A stretch of DNA of 64,000 bases. Origin: Azolla caroliniana (taxonomy: Eukaryota > Plantae > Polypodiophyta). Position 1 is the stretch's first letter. Each line of letters starts with the position of its first letter. Under the pieces are notes generated by a model that did no database searches, had not been told where the DNA came from, and saw only the letters and a program-made list of their open reading frames with translations. Shown here in pieces: positions 11,401 to 23,126 of this stretch. A program made the translations under genes and the position numbers. The stretch covers positions 930,001-994,000 of the forward strand of contig JBHGNT010000011.1 of the NCBI GenBank assembly GCA_043228905.1, written 5' to 3'.

Positions 11401-12722
11401 ACTATGTGTAACAAATTTAGACAACATTTTATCGAATGAAATATAAACGTTCATTGTTTTGAAATCCTTTGCTTTTGATTTCTTTAATATCTAAAAACTT
11501 ATTAGTTCTCATTTTTCTTTAAAAATACTCAAAGTTACTTTTCATATTTGACCAAAATTTGGCATTTGTCAATTTTACCAATGACATTTTCAACTTTTTC
11601 ATCAAGTTTTAGAGAACATGCAATACTAGTATCAAGGTGTTTTGTGAAATGGCAAAAAAAAACCCAAAATCAAACGGAATATTCCTTATCCTTTCACTTG
11701 TGAACGCGAACGTGTTAGTAACATAATGCTTACCAATGCATATGTTCGGTGGCATGGCATCTCGACTTCAATGTAGTCGTGACCGATAACGCTTGACCCA
11801 TACTGTGAAATATAACAATACGTCATAATGGTGCCAATGTCAGCTCCGCAAAGTCCTTAACCATCTTCTCTATTTGTGGATATTTGTATGGCACATCATC
11901 GTATGTCGAGCCTGATATTTTGAAGCCATACGGTATATCCGCCACGAGCAATGTATAATGTCTCTTGGGTAATATGTCAAGCATATTACCCAAATCACCA
12001 TTATATACATTATAATACAATTGTCGGAAAGGATCATTCTTGTGCAAAAAGCTTTTTACGGTATCTGAGTCCTTAGGCACCTCGCACTCCTTTCCTTTTG
12101 TCATCCGTTTCTCGTATTTAGCTCATTCCAAATGGGTGATGAAGGTGCTAGGTAGGCTTCATTGTTGTCACTATTCTTCTTTGAATGAGGTGGTTTCTGT
12201 AATTATAAATTTTGTAAGTAGAAACCCATTATCCAAAAATCAATCAATATTTGTAGAACATAATACCCATTCTCTAAACGCGATAAAGAATTCTTCAAGA
12301 GCCTTGTAAGATGATGTTTTTGGGCAAGATTGCTCCACTTCTTCCCACATAGGCAAGGACAATTTTTTCATCATCAGCTCTTGAATCTTCATATACACCT
12401 TATGGCTAAAAAAACACAAGAAGCTAAAATTCGAATAAAGAACAAATCAACAAAGCAATCAAATCAAAATGATACATGCACATAGATGACTCACTTTTGA
12501 AACTCTGTGACCATTTCCTCAAGGCTAAACTCCTTGGCGGCCACTCTTGATAATACAGATATCAATAATCTATCATCCTTAATTCCTTGCAGTGACTACC
12601 AAGAAAGTGGCTTCATATCTTCGGCTAACTCTTCAATTACTAAGTCACTTTTACGTGAGTTAGATTTCATCTCCACCTGTGGGTCGAGCTTAGCTTTCTT
12701 TGATTTTTGACCCTTTATTTCT

Positions 12723-15700
12723 TATTGAGAATCAAGCTCAACTTGGTCTAGTGTGTGAACTCACCTTGAGAGTGAATAGACACTCCAACGGTCAAGAGTC
12801 ACCATTATGTCACCTCTTTGTATTCTAGCATTGAGTATGCGTCATAGAATCATATTCTATGACACATAACTTATGAGCTTTCACATTCCCCATGCTCCAT
12901 GAGTCTTGTAGTTAATGAAGAAAGAGGGTGACTATATAAAGCACCCTCCTCACACCTTGTATTAAGTTGTGTCTTTCTCCTTTGTTAATATACTTAACCT
13001 TGCGTATACTCTGTGTGTGTGTGTGTGTGTCTCTCTCTCTATCTATCTCATACATACACACACACACACACAGTTCACACCTATTCCGCTTCACAAGAAT
13101 CACCATTGATTCTTTACATGGTATCAGATCGATTTGGTAGTTCGATCTAGCTCATTCGCCTCATCGTGATCGTGTGTTGTGCTCCACGCCGACGACCAAG
13201 AACCGGCTCATTGCTAACGTAGCTTCGCTACATAGTTCGCATTCGAAGAGAAAAGAAGAAGAAGAAGAAGAAGAAGAATAGACATAATGAATACTCAAAT
13301 GGGGAGCGCTCTCCCTACCGAGAAGTTGGATCGAAACAACTTCACATCTTGGGAATACAAGATGCACCAATACCTTGTCGAACAAGGCTATTGGAGCTAC
13401 ATCAAAGGAGCATATGAAGACCGACCTGTCGACACAGCTCTCGGATACGCAACATGGGAGCAAGCCGCAAGCCGCGTGATGTATTGTTTGGCGACATGTG
13501 TTCACGACCACATGCTCAGTTACATACGAGAAGCCAAGATGCCGAAGGAAGCGTGAGAAAATCTACGAAAGATTTTCTCCGCCAACACGATCGTGAGGAA
13601 GCTTCAACTCCACTAAGATTTTCTCCGCCATCACGACATACACATTGAAGATCAAGGAGCTTTACGACTCGCTCGGCTCAATAAGCGTAAGTATAGATGA
13701 TGATGAGATGGTGCAAATATGCCTCGGTGGCCTCGCACCACAGTTCGGTGCGATGCGAACCGCCGTTCTAGCACGGGAGAAATCTCCCTCCTTCTTTGAG
13801 CTCCAATCATTGCTATTGGTCGAAGAAAACCACGTGCGCACAAGGAGCAATGAGTCGGAAGGCCACATGCTCTACACGCACTCTAACGGAGGAAGAGGAC
13901 GCGGACGAGCGAGAGGCCAATTCGGCCAAGGACAAGGCAGACGAGGTCCGACCTACGACAACAACTCCCAATTTCGGCCGCAAAATGGAGGCCAATGAGG
14001 AACCTTCGCAAGAAGGGGGAGCTTCCACTCCGGCCCGAGCCGTCAAAACGCAACCGAATGCGGATTGCGGAAAGCTCGGCCACTACGAAGAAGAGTGCCG
14101 AAAGAAGATGCGTGAATCGGCTTCCACAAGCCGACAACTCACGAATTACGCACACAATTCCGACTACGAAGAGTATAGCGGAATGTACGGGAACAAATCT
14201 GACTACGAAGATCGTGGCGGAATGTATGCACGCAACTCTGACTGTGGCGGAATGTTCATGATAAAACATAGAGGAAACTCTATGTCGGCCTCTACCTCAA
14301 CTAGTGCCTCCGGTCTGGAAGACGTATGGTTCGTCGATTCCGGTGCCTCGAACCATATGACATCGCATCAAGAATGGTTCTGAGAACTTCAAGAGTCGAA
14401 CTGACCCGGCTATGTCGAAACCGGAGACGACACTACGCACCCGATTCGGCACATTAGCAATGTTGTGTTCGGAAAAGAAGGTAAGCAAAATTACATTAAA
14501 AATGTCTTGCATGTACCGACCATTACGAAGAATTTGGTCTCCGTCAACCAAATTGTAGAGCAAGGGATGCAAGTTCGATTTAATCAAGGTGGTTGCTTCA
14601 TTGAAAAAGAGGGCCGACTCATCGCACATGGACGAAGAGAGGGCCGAATGTTCATTCTCGGCTCACACGAGATGAAATCTACCATGTTCGCAAAGGGCAT
14701 GAAAGCCGACTCCGACATAGAGTTATGGCACAAGTGGATTGGCCATATAAATCTCCAAAAGCTCAAAGCAATGAAATCGAAAGGAGTTGTCATCGGACTC
14801 CCAACATTCAAAGAGAAGGAGATTGAAGGAGTATGCGAAGCATGCCAATTTGGCAAGAAACACCGACACCCATTCCCGAAAGAGCGGAATGTGAGCAAAG
14901 GTCTACTCGACGTAGTCCATTCCGACGTATGGGGACCGGCGCAGACGGCTACATTCGGCGGATGCCGATATTACATGCTCTTCATCGACGACTTCTCCAG
15001 GCACACTTCGATCTACCCGATGCGGCAAAAGAGCGAAGTGTTCAAACACTTCCAAACTTTCAAGAATGAAGTCGAGAAAGCCACGGGCCGACATGTACGT
15101 TGTCTTCAATTGGATGGCGGCAAGGAGTACTTCTCGGACGACTTCACAGCGTATCTCCAAAAGGAAGGAATTTGGTGAGAATTCACTTGCCAACACACTC
15201 CGCAACAAAACGGGGTAGCTGAGCGCAAAAATTGGCACATCCTCAAAGTAGCGTGGGCCATGATGAATGAGTAGCATATGCCCAAGTCATATTGGGCCGA
15301 AGCTACAAATACAGCCGTCTACCTAATGAACCAGTGCACAACATCCGGCGTGTACAAGGTCACTCCGCACGAAAAATACTTCGGAAAGAAGCTGAACTTA
15401 TCACACATCTGCATATTCGGCGCGATAGCGTATGTGCACATCCCCGATGAGAAGCGTCAAAATCTTGACCCAAAGTCGGAGAAATGTATCCTCGTAGGAT
15501 ACTCATTGTAGCAAAAGGGGTACAATTGCTACAACCCCTCAACTCGAAAATCTCAAGTAAGTCGAGATGTTGTTTTTGACAGGTCCGCATCCTGGTACGC
15601 ACCAGAGAAAATCTCGACTCCGACTCCGGTCAACCCGGAATCCGCCGAACAAGAGATAGAGGATGAAGATCACCTTATGTGCATGTTCGAAGAAAGTCTG

Positions 15701-18218
15701 ATCACGACCCGACTAAGCGGATCATAAGAGCCTTTGAGCGATCAAAGCACATCACGGCCTAGCCCGAAGATGGACAAAGGCAAGGCGAAAATGTCGGAAT
15801 ACGAAGACGATCGCTTCGACGATGAGTCGACTCACTCACTCGACAGTGAGTTCGACGGTTTCGAGGTACCAATCGGAGCTAAGAAAGCCCTCATCTCTAC
15901 AAATGAAAAACTCCGCCAATCCACCCGTGAAAAGAACCCTGCAAGCCGCTTCGGCTACAACAAATATATGGCGTACCATTACGCCTTTATGATGAAGGTA
16001 GCGATAGTACAGGAGCCGGAAACCTTTTCCGCAGCCGCGAAGGACCCGCGATGGATCGAAGCAATGAACGAGGAGATTCAGGCACTACGGAAGAACGAGA
16101 CATGGGATCTCGTTCCCACCTCACCGCACAAAAAGGCGATCGGATGCAGATGGATTTACAAAGTGAAGTACAATGTCGACCGTTCCGTTAACCACTACAA
16201 AGCGCGACTCGTAGCGAAAGGATACACTCAGACGCATGGCGTCGACTACGAAGAAACTTTTGCCCCGGTGGCAAAGAGGACGACGGTACGGACCATAATT
16301 GCGCTGGCCGCGGCGAAAGGGTGGCACCTCCATCAAATGGACGTCAAGAATCCCTTTCTACAAGGCGAATTAGAAGAGGAGGTGTACATGATCCAACCAC
16401 CCGGCTTCAACTCGAGCACCCATCCGAAAGTTGTTTGCCGACTAAAGAAGCCACTCTACGGCCTCAAGCAAGCACCGTGTGCTTGGCATTCCAAGATAAC
16501 GCAATATCTTCATCAAATCGGCTTCCGTATGTCAAAATCGAACAACTCCCTCTACATACGAAGCGATTCCGCAAGTCCGATCGTCATCATCTTATATGTG
16601 GATGACCTAATCATTGGAGGTGAGCATCTCGTCGAAATCAATAAGGTCAAATCCCTCCTTTCCGACAAGTTCGAGATGACGGACATGAAGGAGCTCCACT
16701 ACTTCCTCGGCATCGAGGTAATTCGGACTCCGGCCGGAATCATGATCTCTCAACGGCACTACATCCTCAACTTGTTATACAAGTTCGGGATGGCTGAGTG
16801 CAAATTTGCGGCAACCCCACTCGATCGCAATCTCAAACTCGATGCAACTCCGGCACCAAAGCGTGTGAGCCGACTCAGTATCGGCAACTCATCGGGAGTC
16901 ACATCTACCTCACGATCACACGACCTGATCTCAGTTATCCGGTCGGTCTCCTTAGCCAATTCATGCAAACACCGCGTGATACTCACTTGGATTGCGCTAA
17001 GCGAGTTCTACGATACATGAGCGGCACGACACAATGGATTGCGGCATCCTCTACAAGACCGTGATGCCAATACGACTCGAGGGGTACACAGATGCCGATT
17101 GGGCCGGCTACAAAGCTGATAGAAGATCAACCTCCAAATTTGTTTTCTCCCTTGGCAGCGGAGCAATATCCTGGAGTAGCAAGAAGCAGCCTAGTGTCGC
17201 TCTTTCGAGTACGGAGGCGGAATACAGGGGCGCAACCATAGCTGCGTGTGAAGCCATATGGCTCAAGAGCCATAGTGTCGCTCGACTTCCCTTTACTGCG
17301 ACAACATGAGTAGTATCTATCTAGCTCGGAACCCGGTGTTCCACGCGTGGACAAAGCACATCGAAGTGCACTATCACTTCATTTGAGAGTTGTTCGAGCT
17401 GGCGATGTCGACCTACAACACATTAGCACAAATCTTCAAACGGCCGACATCTTCACTAAAGCCTTAGGAGCCAACAAGCTGTGGCAATTCATGACCGATC
17501 TCGGATTGACGATCCCTGACCTGCCAAGCTTGAGGGGGAGTATTGAAGACATTACGCAATAACGGGTGGATTCCGCAAGCCGCGCACACTATGCAACAAC
17601 GCGTGGATTATGCAACCACGCAATGAAGCCGCGAAGAGCCGATCTACCGTGCAAAGCCGCGAAGAAAGACGCAAGCCGAAGCACAGACTTCGCAACTACG
17701 CACAACGCAAGCTGGAGCACGGATTCCACAACTCCGCATAAATGTGAGTCAATGCGGACTCCGGAATGCGAGTTGAACCGGATTTCGGATACCGTCTGAA
17801 ACCGACCCAACTTGAGCTTGAGGGGGCGTGTTGAGAATCAAGCTCAACTTGGTCTAGTGTGTGAACTCGCCTTGAGAGTGAATAGACACTCCAACGGTCA
17901 AGAGTCACCATTATGTCACCTCTTTGTATTCTAGCATTTAGTATGAGTCATAGAATCATATTTTATGACACATAACTTATGAGCTCTCACATTCCCCATG
18001 CTCCATGAGTCTTGTAGTTAATGAAGAGAGAGGGTGACTATATAAAGCACCCTCCTCCCACCTTGTATTAAGTTGTGTCTTTCTCCTTTATTAATATACT
18101 TAACCTTGCATATACTCTGTGTGTGTGTGTGTGTCTCTCTCTCTATCTATCTCATACACACACACACACACAGTTCACAGCTATTCCTCTTCACAAGAAT
18201 CACCATTGATTCTTTACA
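12723..18218 (+). mobile_element. Full-length Ty1/copia element 1 (degenerate), inserted in an exon of the ParB-methyltransferase gene
   Basis: LTRs 12723-13118 and 17829-18218 (about 12 substitutions counted by eye, plus microsatellite indels). TSD TTTCT. PBS TGGTATCAGA (tRNA-Met-i) at 13119 and PPT before 17829. Confidence 0.96.
13287..17562 (+). pseudogene. Copia 1 gag-PR-IN-RT-RH polyprotein, with stops and frameshifts
   Basis: EKLDRNNFTSWEYKM, WFVDSGASNHMT, LWHKWIGH...CEACQFGK, VHSDVWGP...FIDDFSR, YKARLVAKG, HQMDVKN, LYVDDL, YTDADWAG, SSTEAEY. Confidence 0.93.
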
Positions 18219-20039
18219 TTTCTTTATGCTCCTACATACTAAAAATGCGATCTTGGAGGTTCCACACCTCCCTTGTTCTAAAGGCAAGTTGAAACCATGA
18301 GTCAAATTTTCTCAGACCTTCAGACTTAGTGCTTTCGTCAACTGCTATCCCCACTTCAAGCAAACATTGTCGTCACAATCCAGGATGTAGCCGAGGACCA
18401 AATTTTTGCAGCGCATCAAGGTACTCGTGGTGGAAGAAACTGATGCGCTCGATACATGAAATATTTTGTCTATAGTCATTATCGTTGTTATGATCCCAAG
18501 CTAATAACTTGGCTTCTTCATGTGTAAGGCCTACATACACTTTACATTCTGCATACTTGAAGTAAGGGGTAAGAGGATACTCCTTGACCAGTTGACGTCG
18601 AGCTTCAATAGAGTGGGATCCTCCAATCACATAGTATGTGTAGTCATCTATTGAATTGTACTTGAAGTCAACAATAGTAGGACATTGATCTGGGTCGACC
18701 ATTACTAAGAATGGCACTACAGACGCATGTGGATTAATCTTCATTTTTCTTTTTAAGTTTTGCACATGCACTGAATGTGGCTCTCTAATTTCTAGAGCTC
18801 GTCTTCTTGTCTCAGGATCAATGGGTGGCCATTGAATAGAGCATATTGGTAAGTGAAATAATTGGCCTTTAAGAACAAGCTTCGTCTTTACAATATTTTC
18901 TCTGATCCAATTCTGCTCTGGGGTGAGTATCCCTGATGAAATGTGCCCCCCTAGAGGAATAACTTCGAGCTCGGCGTCTTCCTCCTCATCTTCTACAAAC
19001 TCGAGGACCTCCGGCTCGTCCTCTTCTAATTGTTGCCTTTTCTTGTACTTCTTATGTTCCGGTTTGGACTTCTTGGCAGACTTTGGTGGGGTTGTTACTT
19101 GTGTGACAATCAGCTCTCCCTTAATGTACGGGCGCAAAGCAACAATCAAGTTTTTTTTGTCTGAACATCATTTTTTAGGGCAGTGAGAGTCAGTAATGAA
19201 ATTACGTTCATCGATCTTGACTCTACGAACCCCCACAAGAGTTATCAACACCCAAGAAGAGGTTTGATGCGTCGTTGTCTTCATATTCGATGTTCCATAC
19301 GTAGCCGTATGTGAATGCCTTTCCCACTTGCAACTTGCCTTCACCTTCAGACTTTGCAAGAATAAGAAGGAGGTCCCCTTCTTCCTCGGAGTAGATCAGT
19401 GTCCACTCTACATGGTGGTAGCTCTTTAGGCGAGGATCCCCACTCTTTTTGCCTAAAGTCTTCGGCGTGTTACCGGAAAAAGACTTTGAAGTGTCGTCAC
19501 CTCCTGACTCGATAAATGTTTTGCGAGAATCAGCTGTCATCATGGTGTCAGAAAGTCTTTTTGTTGGTGATGGAATTTTTAGTTTCAAAGACTGCACCTT
19601 CTGTCGTGGCTCACAAAAATCAAGAAGTCATGACACAAGGATATAACAATAATGTTAATAATAAACAATATAGACCGCTTAACTAAGGTAAAAATGAGCG
19701 AAATCACACATTAAAAACTTGAAGAAATAGACCAAAAAACAGCAAAAAATTGACCAAATATGATCTATTGATCATGAAAAGCCCATTTTTCAACGGGAAC
19801 TCGATGCAGTGGAAAGGGACACACCTCGATTATGGAAGCAATAGTTGAATAAAACAAAAAAGAATCTTTAAGGAATCTTTTTGGAATCTAAAATGTTGGG
19901 TTGGAAAACATACTTGGCAATTTTCTTTCCCTTGTTCATGTTGATGTCGGAGATGTTGACTTGACCCGGGAGGCGAAAACTCGACGATTTTGGTTGTTAA
20001 GTGCTCCTGTGCTCTTCTTCTGCTTGAACATGATAATGA

Positions 20040-20206
20040 GAAATAGAAGATGACTTCCCTTTATATAATTTTTATTTTGTATTCTCAAAAATATTTTTAA
20101 TTATTTAAAAAGGAAAAAAATATATGTTTTTGGACATGGTGCTTATTATAGAACCAAGCTTGTGCCTATTTTGGTCATTGTTTTTTGTTACTTAGCCTTG
20201 AGCAAA
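20040..20206. promoter_or_regulatory. AT-rich spacer between the divergent transposase and ParB-methyltransferase genes; putative bidirectional promoter
   Basis: TATATAAAGG on the minus strand at about 20058-20067, between the two head-to-head genes. Confidence 0.4.
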
Positions 20207-22881
20207 ATGTCCTCAAAGTCAAGTGAAAATTCTCTGTTTTCTATTGAGCCTGTTATATTATCTTATAGTTCTCCTTATTCTCAATCGAGGAATATAGCCA
20301 TGTTAATAAGAAAAGGTGCCATGTTAAGACCTTCAACGACCAAGAGCAAAGCTCGACGTCAATTTTTTCGATAGAGACATTAAACTTAGTTAAAACAAAA
20401 TATATTAAAGTAGATACAACTCATGTCGAGTCTAGTTTATCTAGTTTATCAAAGAGTTCCTTGACAAGTGAGTGTTAAACGATATAATTTTTTGAGTTCG
20501 GATCGACAAATTTCAATTGACATATGCAAGGTATGTTGTGGGAGCCTTTGTCTATCAAAATTTGGAAAGGAAAACTTGCGGGGGTTGTGACAAAAGTATT
20601 TGTCTCTCAATGGCGACGAACAAGATACATTCTTGATTGCCAATATGCAACTTGTGAAGGACCATTTGGCAGTGTCGTGTTCTCAGCAGGTGGAATATTA
20701 CTTTTCACTTACTACGAAGAGTTGTCGAGTTGCTTTTAAAATTTCTTATAGCATCGGGAACATGATGCTACAGAGAATTCAACATCGATTACTGAAGGGG
20801 TGGTGGGTGCCTTTCAACAATACAGAATTATCATGTAAGGGCCTGATTGGGCGACATGTTGTTAGATGGTTGGAGATTTATTTCTCGAAGCAATGTGATG
20901 TTATGCCCACCACTGGAAGGTTACATTTGTTAGATAACTTTACTCTTCGTGAGGTATACCAAGCCTATAAGGATGACATGTTATTGGAAAGTGTACCTTA
21001 TATACAATATCAACATTTTAATCGTTTATGGAGATCGAAGTTTAACAATGTGGTTATACCCCGCAAGGTCTGAATGGGTGTTTGTTCGATCTGCACGAGT
21101 TTAAAAAGTTATCTAAAGCTATGCAACATCGTCAAAAAGCACTCCGATGGCCAAAAAGATACATGTGCTTGATTATAGATGGGATGGATTAGAAGAAAAC
21201 TTGTTTGCCATGTTTTCGAAGGTTGCCCAAGGATATTGGAGATGAATGCCTAGTGCAAATGCACTTAGTAGGATGTCTTTTGTATTGTCAGACAATAAGG
21301 CTTCAAGTGTTCTTAACTTATCCAAATATCCACAACGACCCTAATCTTACAATTACAGTCATGCAAAGAGTTTTGTAGAGTTGGCGAGGTTTACTCCCAC
21401 CAGTACTATACGTGCAACTTGACAACATGACGAGAGAAAACAAGAACTCAACTGTGTATGGTTACCTGAGCATGTTAGTAGACAAGGGTATTTTCAAAAA
21501 GATTAAGGTCAACTTCTTGCTAGTTGGTCATACACATGATCACATTGATCAAATGTTTAGTAGGTTCTCCAAGAAATTAGCGAGGTGCGATGCTTTCACA
21601 TTTCCTGTGCTATCAAGATTGATCTCTAAAGCTTATACCCCCAAGCCAGATGTGGAACATTTAGATGAAGTATATGATTTCAAGCGGTTTTGTTTGGATG
21701 GTGATGGGACTGGATGTAGGGTTCTTGCTCTGCTTAATAATATAAGTTTTAACCACATCATCCTCATCCAAAAAAGTGTGGTCAATCACAACCAAACCAT
21801 GTTGTATGCCAAACAATACTAATCTAGTTCACAATGGGAGCCACAAGACATATGTAAGCTCTTATTGCATTTCCAAGATGCAATAATCTATGGTTTTGAG
21901 CAAATGCCCTATGACGACCATAAAAGATTGGTTGTTGGTAGTTCAATTGAAGAGCAAAAGATATATTGGATGTGGTGCCTTGAGGAAAATCAGAAAAATA
22001 TTGAGCTAACCAAAAAGTACGCTGGTGATCAGGATGTGGATTGGTGGGATGCCTTCTTTAATCATCAACATACAATATTAGATAACCACTTTACAAGGTA
22101 CTCGCCACTACAAAATCAATTCGAATGGGCGCTTGGTGGCCCATCAATGGCAAGCACGACTCCTTTACAACCACTAGATAATCTTGAATTGAATAATCTA
22201 GTTCATCTACAACAAAGAGATATTTACGTGGGACCAAGATTATCACATGCTACAGAGGCGAGGTGGCAAGGCAATCTACATGAGCTACATGTTGGTATGT
22301 TGGTTGTAACATTAGCTGGGGGTGATAAGTTGGGCCACCCCTTTTGAATTGCCAAAATCATTGAAATTATTAAGGATGATGACGGCAATCAAGTAAAGTC
22401 TATTATGGTTCATTGGTATCATACCTCTTCCAAAGATGCATTTACTGGGAAGTACTCTTTAGAGATGGTTCAGGATGTCGAAGGTACAAGCAGAAAGCAA
22501 AGAAGAAAGAATCTACTAAGCACGTCTACTCTAGCACTTGATAATGTTGTCATACTCATGTATGACTTCCCCTTGACCAGAACATGTCATCTAAGACAGA
22601 CTACAATCAAGATAATAAAAGAGGAGATCTCAAATGTGCCTATTGATGTACCACATAGACAAACAAGGAGTATGTCTCATAATCACGGTGACGTTGGATT
22701 GCAATTGGATGAAAACAATGCATTGGTTGCTAGTGATGATGAGGATGAGACCTCACAAAGCTCTTCTAGTTCATTGGGTGGGTCTGAAGGGGAAGGCGTA
22801 TCTCTGGGAAGTGATGGATCTCATATAGGAAATGTAAAATATGTATGTTACATCAATATGTCGATTCACAAATATGTATAA
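20207..22881 (+). pseudogene. Sola1-like (DUF7869-type) DDD transposase with a C-terminal BAH/Tudor-like domain
   Basis: N-terminal CC...C and CRVAFKISYSIG, then FNRLWRSKFNNVVIPRK...CSIC. Catalytic-type motifs IIDGMD, VQLDNMTRENKN and NFLLVGHTHDHIDQMFS. C-terminal VGMLVV...HPF(W)IAKII...IMVHWY and an acidic tail. Several in-frame stops. Confidence 0.82.
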
Positions 22882-23126
22882 ATATACATGCTAGTCATTT
22901 TGTAATTTTTGTACGTTCTCTTGTAAATTTCACGTGTCCATTATTAGGGGCATTTTTTGAAAGCCCTAAATTTTTGGACATGGTATAAATCAATATATTT
23001 TGATGCAATTTCCAAAACCCTTTATGCATGCGATGGTCCTTTTTGTGAAATGACCTACTTTGTGCCTTTTTAGGATGGACTTTTCTTAAATTGCGACATA
23101 TTACCTGTTTCAAATGACCCGATATT

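Larger units (their letters stand above)
8771..11716. mobile_element. Non-autonomous Sola-like TIR element in an intron of the methyltransferase gene
   Basis: 29-bp TIRs AACAC(A/G)TTCGCGTTCACAAGTG(G/A)AAGGAT (27/29) with TSD AGTA at 8767-8770 and 11717-11720. Removing it leaves a 90-nt GT-AG intron. Confidence 0.88.
7629..19600 (-). pseudogene. Spliced ParB/Srx-like domain plus beta-class N6-adenine/N4-cytosine DNA methyltransferase fusion gene (disrupted)
   Basis: ParB-like region 18445-18861 (PFLVMVD...YYVIGGSHSIEARRQL...EEAKLLAWDHN...RQNISCIER). MTase motifs in order: YNVYNGDLGNMLDILPKRHYTLLVADIPYG (DIPY at 11928-11939), HMHW|VKTN, VEHMCVGY, NPYQNPQRLINRLVELFSNLDDWVLDLFSRI|GTRTACALKLFRNCVALEKD. 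GT-AG introns at 12406-12494, 12197-12266, 8694-11733 and 8313-8403. The frame is continuous across the copia insertion. Several stops and frameshifts; the 5' end is uncertain (possibly to about 20030). Confidence 0.85.
6788..23126. mobile_element. Sola-like TIR DNA transposon with a transposase and a ParB-methyltransferase cargo gene; contains nested insertions
   Basis: Left TIR CACATTGGGTCATTTAGAACAGGTAATATGTCG (6788-6820) matches the reverse complement of the right TIR, AATATCGGGTCATTTGAAACAGGTAATATGTCG (23094-23126), at 28/33. TSD AAGA at 6784-6787 and 23127-23130. Removing the element restores the gypsy gag frame. Confidence 0.92.

Noticed and set aside
11928-11939. Calling the enzyme a 4mC or a C5 (DNMT/CMT) methyltransferase
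   Set aside because: The motif is DIPY, not SPPY, and there are no PC/ENV motifs of C5 enzymes. The target base cannot be fixed from sequence alone.
7629-19600. Prophage or bacterial contamination as the source of the ParB-methyltransferase gene
   Set aside because: It has spliceosomal introns, lies inside TIRs with a TSD, and is interleaved with plant LTR retrotransposons.
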